A DNA stretch of 64,000 nucleotides from Spirochaetota bacterium. GTDB taxonomy: Bacteria; Spirochaetota; UBA6919; CBDBPB01. The DNA lies in contig CBDBPB010000003.1 of NCBI GenBank assembly GCA_965208615.1, positions 64,001-128,000 of the forward strand, in the 5' to 3' direction. The position numbers and the translations under genes are program-made. Of the stretch, positions 61,970-64,000 are shown piece after piece; position 1 is the first letter of the stretch; the number at the start of each line of letters is the position of its first letter. The notes under the pieces were generated by a model. The model was not told the DNA's origin and searched no databases. It saw only the letters and a list, made by a program, of their open reading frames with translations.

Positions 61970-62263
61970 ATATACAATTTACTATTTTAAAGTTAGTTTA
62001 CAAAGTAAAACTGATAGTTATCAGTAAACGTTCCAGGAGTATAATAGAAGTCTATAACTGCTATCTTTTATAGATTAAAGCATAGTAATAAATAGTATTT
62101 ATTTTATAAAAAAACTGTTTTATTTAAAAAAATGAATATTTTTTACTAACTTTATAGGAGTTAATTAAACTATTAAAGATTTTTTTATATTTATCTTATT
62201 ATTACAAGACAAGTTATTGATAATAGCTATATACTAAATATCTTTAAAATAAGCTGGTGAAAT

Positions 62264-62653
62264 ATGAAAAAACGTATAATGTATTCCTCATTTTTTATAA
62301 TACTATTTTTATTAGGCTGTAATCATAGTCGTTTTGACCATCTAAGGGATTATGAGGCTCAAAAAGATGTACTTTCTTTAATAGAAGTTCTAAAAAAGGA
62401 TAAAGATGACTATATTCGTGCTCAAGCGGCTCAATCTCTTGGCAGGCTTAAGAGTCGGAAGGCTATTCCTGCATTAATTGATTGTATAAAGGATAAAAAC
62501 TGGACAGTTCGGTATTTTTGTGTTCAATCCATCGGAAAGATTAAAGATAAAAGAGCAATTAATCCTCTTAATAATCAAAAGAAGATAGAAAAGGATGAAA
62601 ACGTCTTTAGGGAAATAGATAAGGTCCTAAATAGTATTAAAAATTCCAAGTAA
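62264..62653 (+). CDS. HEAT-repeat lipoprotein
   Basis: Lipobox FLLGC and HEAT repeats IRAQAAQSLG, AIPALI and VRYFCVQSIG. Confidence 0.85.
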   Translation: MKKRIMYSSFFIILFLLGCNHSRFDHLRDYEAQKDVLSLIEVLKKDKDDYIRAQAAQSLGRLKSRKAIPALIDCIKDKNWTVRYFCVQSIGKIKDKRAINPLNNQKKIEKDENVFREIDKVLNSIKNSK

Positions 62654-62663
62654 AGGAGAAAAG

Positions 62664-63284
62664 GTGATTGAGTTAAGAACATACATATTCACTGATTCAT
62701 TACAATTACAGCTTGCTTCATTTTTAGCTACGGTATCAAAGGGTTATTTACCTGTTGCAGAACAGGCATCTTTGTATATAGAGATATCCCCTGGTATTGC
62801 TATAAATAGGTTAACTGATGTGGCATTAAAATCTACAGGTGTACGTCCTGGTATACAAATAGTAGAGCGTCAGTTTGGTATATTAGAGGTACACTCTGAT
62901 GATAAGGGTGAGGTATTAGCTGCTGGGGATGCAATTTTAAAGGAGTCTGGTCTTGATCAGGAGGATCGTCTTAAGCCAAAAGTATTAACCAGTCAACTAA
63001 TAAAGAATATTGATGATTATCAAGCACAGCTAATAAATAGGGTTAGACACGGTAATATGGTTTTAAGAGGGGATACGTTATTCTTTATGGAGATAGATCC
63101 AGCTGGATACGCCTTTTTCATAGCTAATGAGGCTGAAAAGGCCTGTCGTCTTAATATAGTTGAGGTGGTTGGACATGGACGCTTTGGTCGTATGTATATT
63201 GCTGGAGATGAGGCGGATATAGTAATTGCTCAAAAAGCAGCTGAAGAGGCAGTTAACTCTATAACCGGCAGAAAAATTAAATAA
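62664..63284 (+). CDS. Bacterial microcompartment tandem-domain shell protein (BMC-T, double-stacking type)
   Basis: ELRTYIF.DSLQ.QLASF, EISPGIAINR.TD.ALK, VERQFGILEVH, ANEAEKA and GRFGRMY. Confidence 0.92.
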   Translation: MIELRTYIFTDSLQLQLASFLATVSKGYLPVAEQASLYIEISPGIAINRLTDVALKSTGVRPGIQIVERQFGILEVHSDDKGEVLAAGDAILKESGLDQEDRLKPKVLTSQLIKNIDDYQAQLINRVRHGNMVLRGDTLFFMEIDPAGYAFFIANEAEKACRLNIVEVVGHGRFGRMYIAGDEADIVIAQKAAEEAVNSITGRKIK

Positions 63285-63300
63285 AAAATGAGGTAAAAAA

Positions 63301-63603
63301 ATGGCAGAAGGATTTTCTGATGCTTTAGGTATGATTGAAACTAGAAGTTTTGCAGCTATGGTAGAGGCCAGTGATGCAATGGTAAAGGCGGCAAAGGTTG
63401 ATTTAGTTGGCTTTGAAAAAATTGGTGGTGGATATGTAACTGCAATAGTAAGAGGAGATGTAGCAGCCGTAAAAGCCGCTACTGAGGCTGGTAGTAAAGC
63501 CGCTGAACGAGTTGGTGAGGTTATATCTGTTCACATTATTCCAAGACCCCATAGAAATGTTGACGAGGTACTTCCTCTTGGACGGGAAAAAATTAAAAGT
63601 TAG
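63301..63603 (+). CDS. Bacterial microcompartment hexameric shell protein (BMC-H)
   Basis: [35 protein letters not shown] and HIIPRPH. Confidence 0.96.
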   Translation: MAEGFSDALGMIETRSFAAMVEASDAMVKAAKVDLVGFEKIGGGYVTAIVRGDVAAVKAATEAGSKAAERVGEVISVHIIPRPHRNVDEVLPLGREKIKS

Positions 63604-64000
63604 ATTTTTTATTAGTTTTATTTTTATATTGGGCTATATATTTATTTGTAATCTGAGTTTTTCTCAGAATAAGGATAAGTTAAACTTAAATATTACTAAA
63701 GAAGCGTCTAAGAACGAGGATAAAGATAAAGCCAAGAACGAAAATAGTAATAAGTTAAAATTAGATACTCTTAAAACTAAGAAGTCTAAGGATGATAAAG
63801 ATAAAGCCAAGAACGAAAATAGTAATAAGTTAAAGTTAGATACTCTTAAAACTAAGAAGTCTAAGGATGATAAAGATAGTAAAGAGTTAAAGCTTAAGTC
63901 TGTAAAGCCTAAGAAAGAGCCTTCTTGGATAGAAATCTATGGAGGCGGTGGTTATTTATTAGAGTTAAACAATAAGGGTTATGAGTTATATTTTTCTATT
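63578..64000 (+). CDS. Secreted hypothetical protein (partial, runs off the window)
   Basis: TTG start with a GAGG RBS inside the BMC-H 3' end (in-frame ATG at 63557 is an alternative). [30 protein letters not shown] signal peptide; open to the window end. Confidence 0.65.
   Translation, partial: MDGKKLKVRFFISFIFILGYIFICNLSFSQNKDKLNLNITKEASKNEDKDKAKNENSNKLKLDTLKTKKSKDDKDKAKNENSNKLKLDTLKTKKSKDDKDSKELKLKSVKPKKEPSWIEIYGGGGYLLELNNKGYELYFSI
63719..63878 (+). repeat. 75-bp in-frame tandem repeat, about 2.1 copies
   Basis: Units start at 63719, 63794 and 63869 (partial). One synonymous mismatch; encodes [25 protein letters not shown]. Confidence 0.92.

Noticed and set aside
63719-63878. Direct repeats as a possible CRISPR array
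   Set aside because: The units are contiguous with no spacers, are 75 bp long and in frame within a CDS, and no cas genes are present.

Overview
A very AT-rich bacterial chromosome segment that is probably close to the replication origin: it opens with the last codons of dnaN and carries a perfect parS palindrome at 47840-47855. A spirochaete-like microaerophile is my inference from the lipoprotein signals, a hemerythrin chemoreceptor and the cbb3 oxidase. Most genes are housekeeping: msrAB, argH, ald, sixA, pheA-aroF-tyrA-rpsA, polA-coaE, thyX, tRNA-Thr and tRNA-Tyr, uppP, mgtE, tsaB, queDE, gpsA, xth and an AddA-like helicase-nuclease. Energy modules are rnfD-E-A-B (no rnfC or rnfG here) and ccoNOQP with a duplicated cytochrome c. 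The standout gene (53160-54497, minus) fuses a class III nucleotide cyclase domain with atypical specificity residues to six 32-aa pentatricopeptide (PPR)-like repeats. It is a candidate RNA-sensing second-messenger enzyme. Other oddities are an orphan Haliangium-type BMC-T/BMC-H shell pair between exported proteins, PTS-IIA/zinc-ribbon, CMD/Rieske and wHTH/PAS fusions, and a half purH. I saw no CRISPR array, rRNA, IS element or prophage. All calls come from motif recognition by eye, without database searches.
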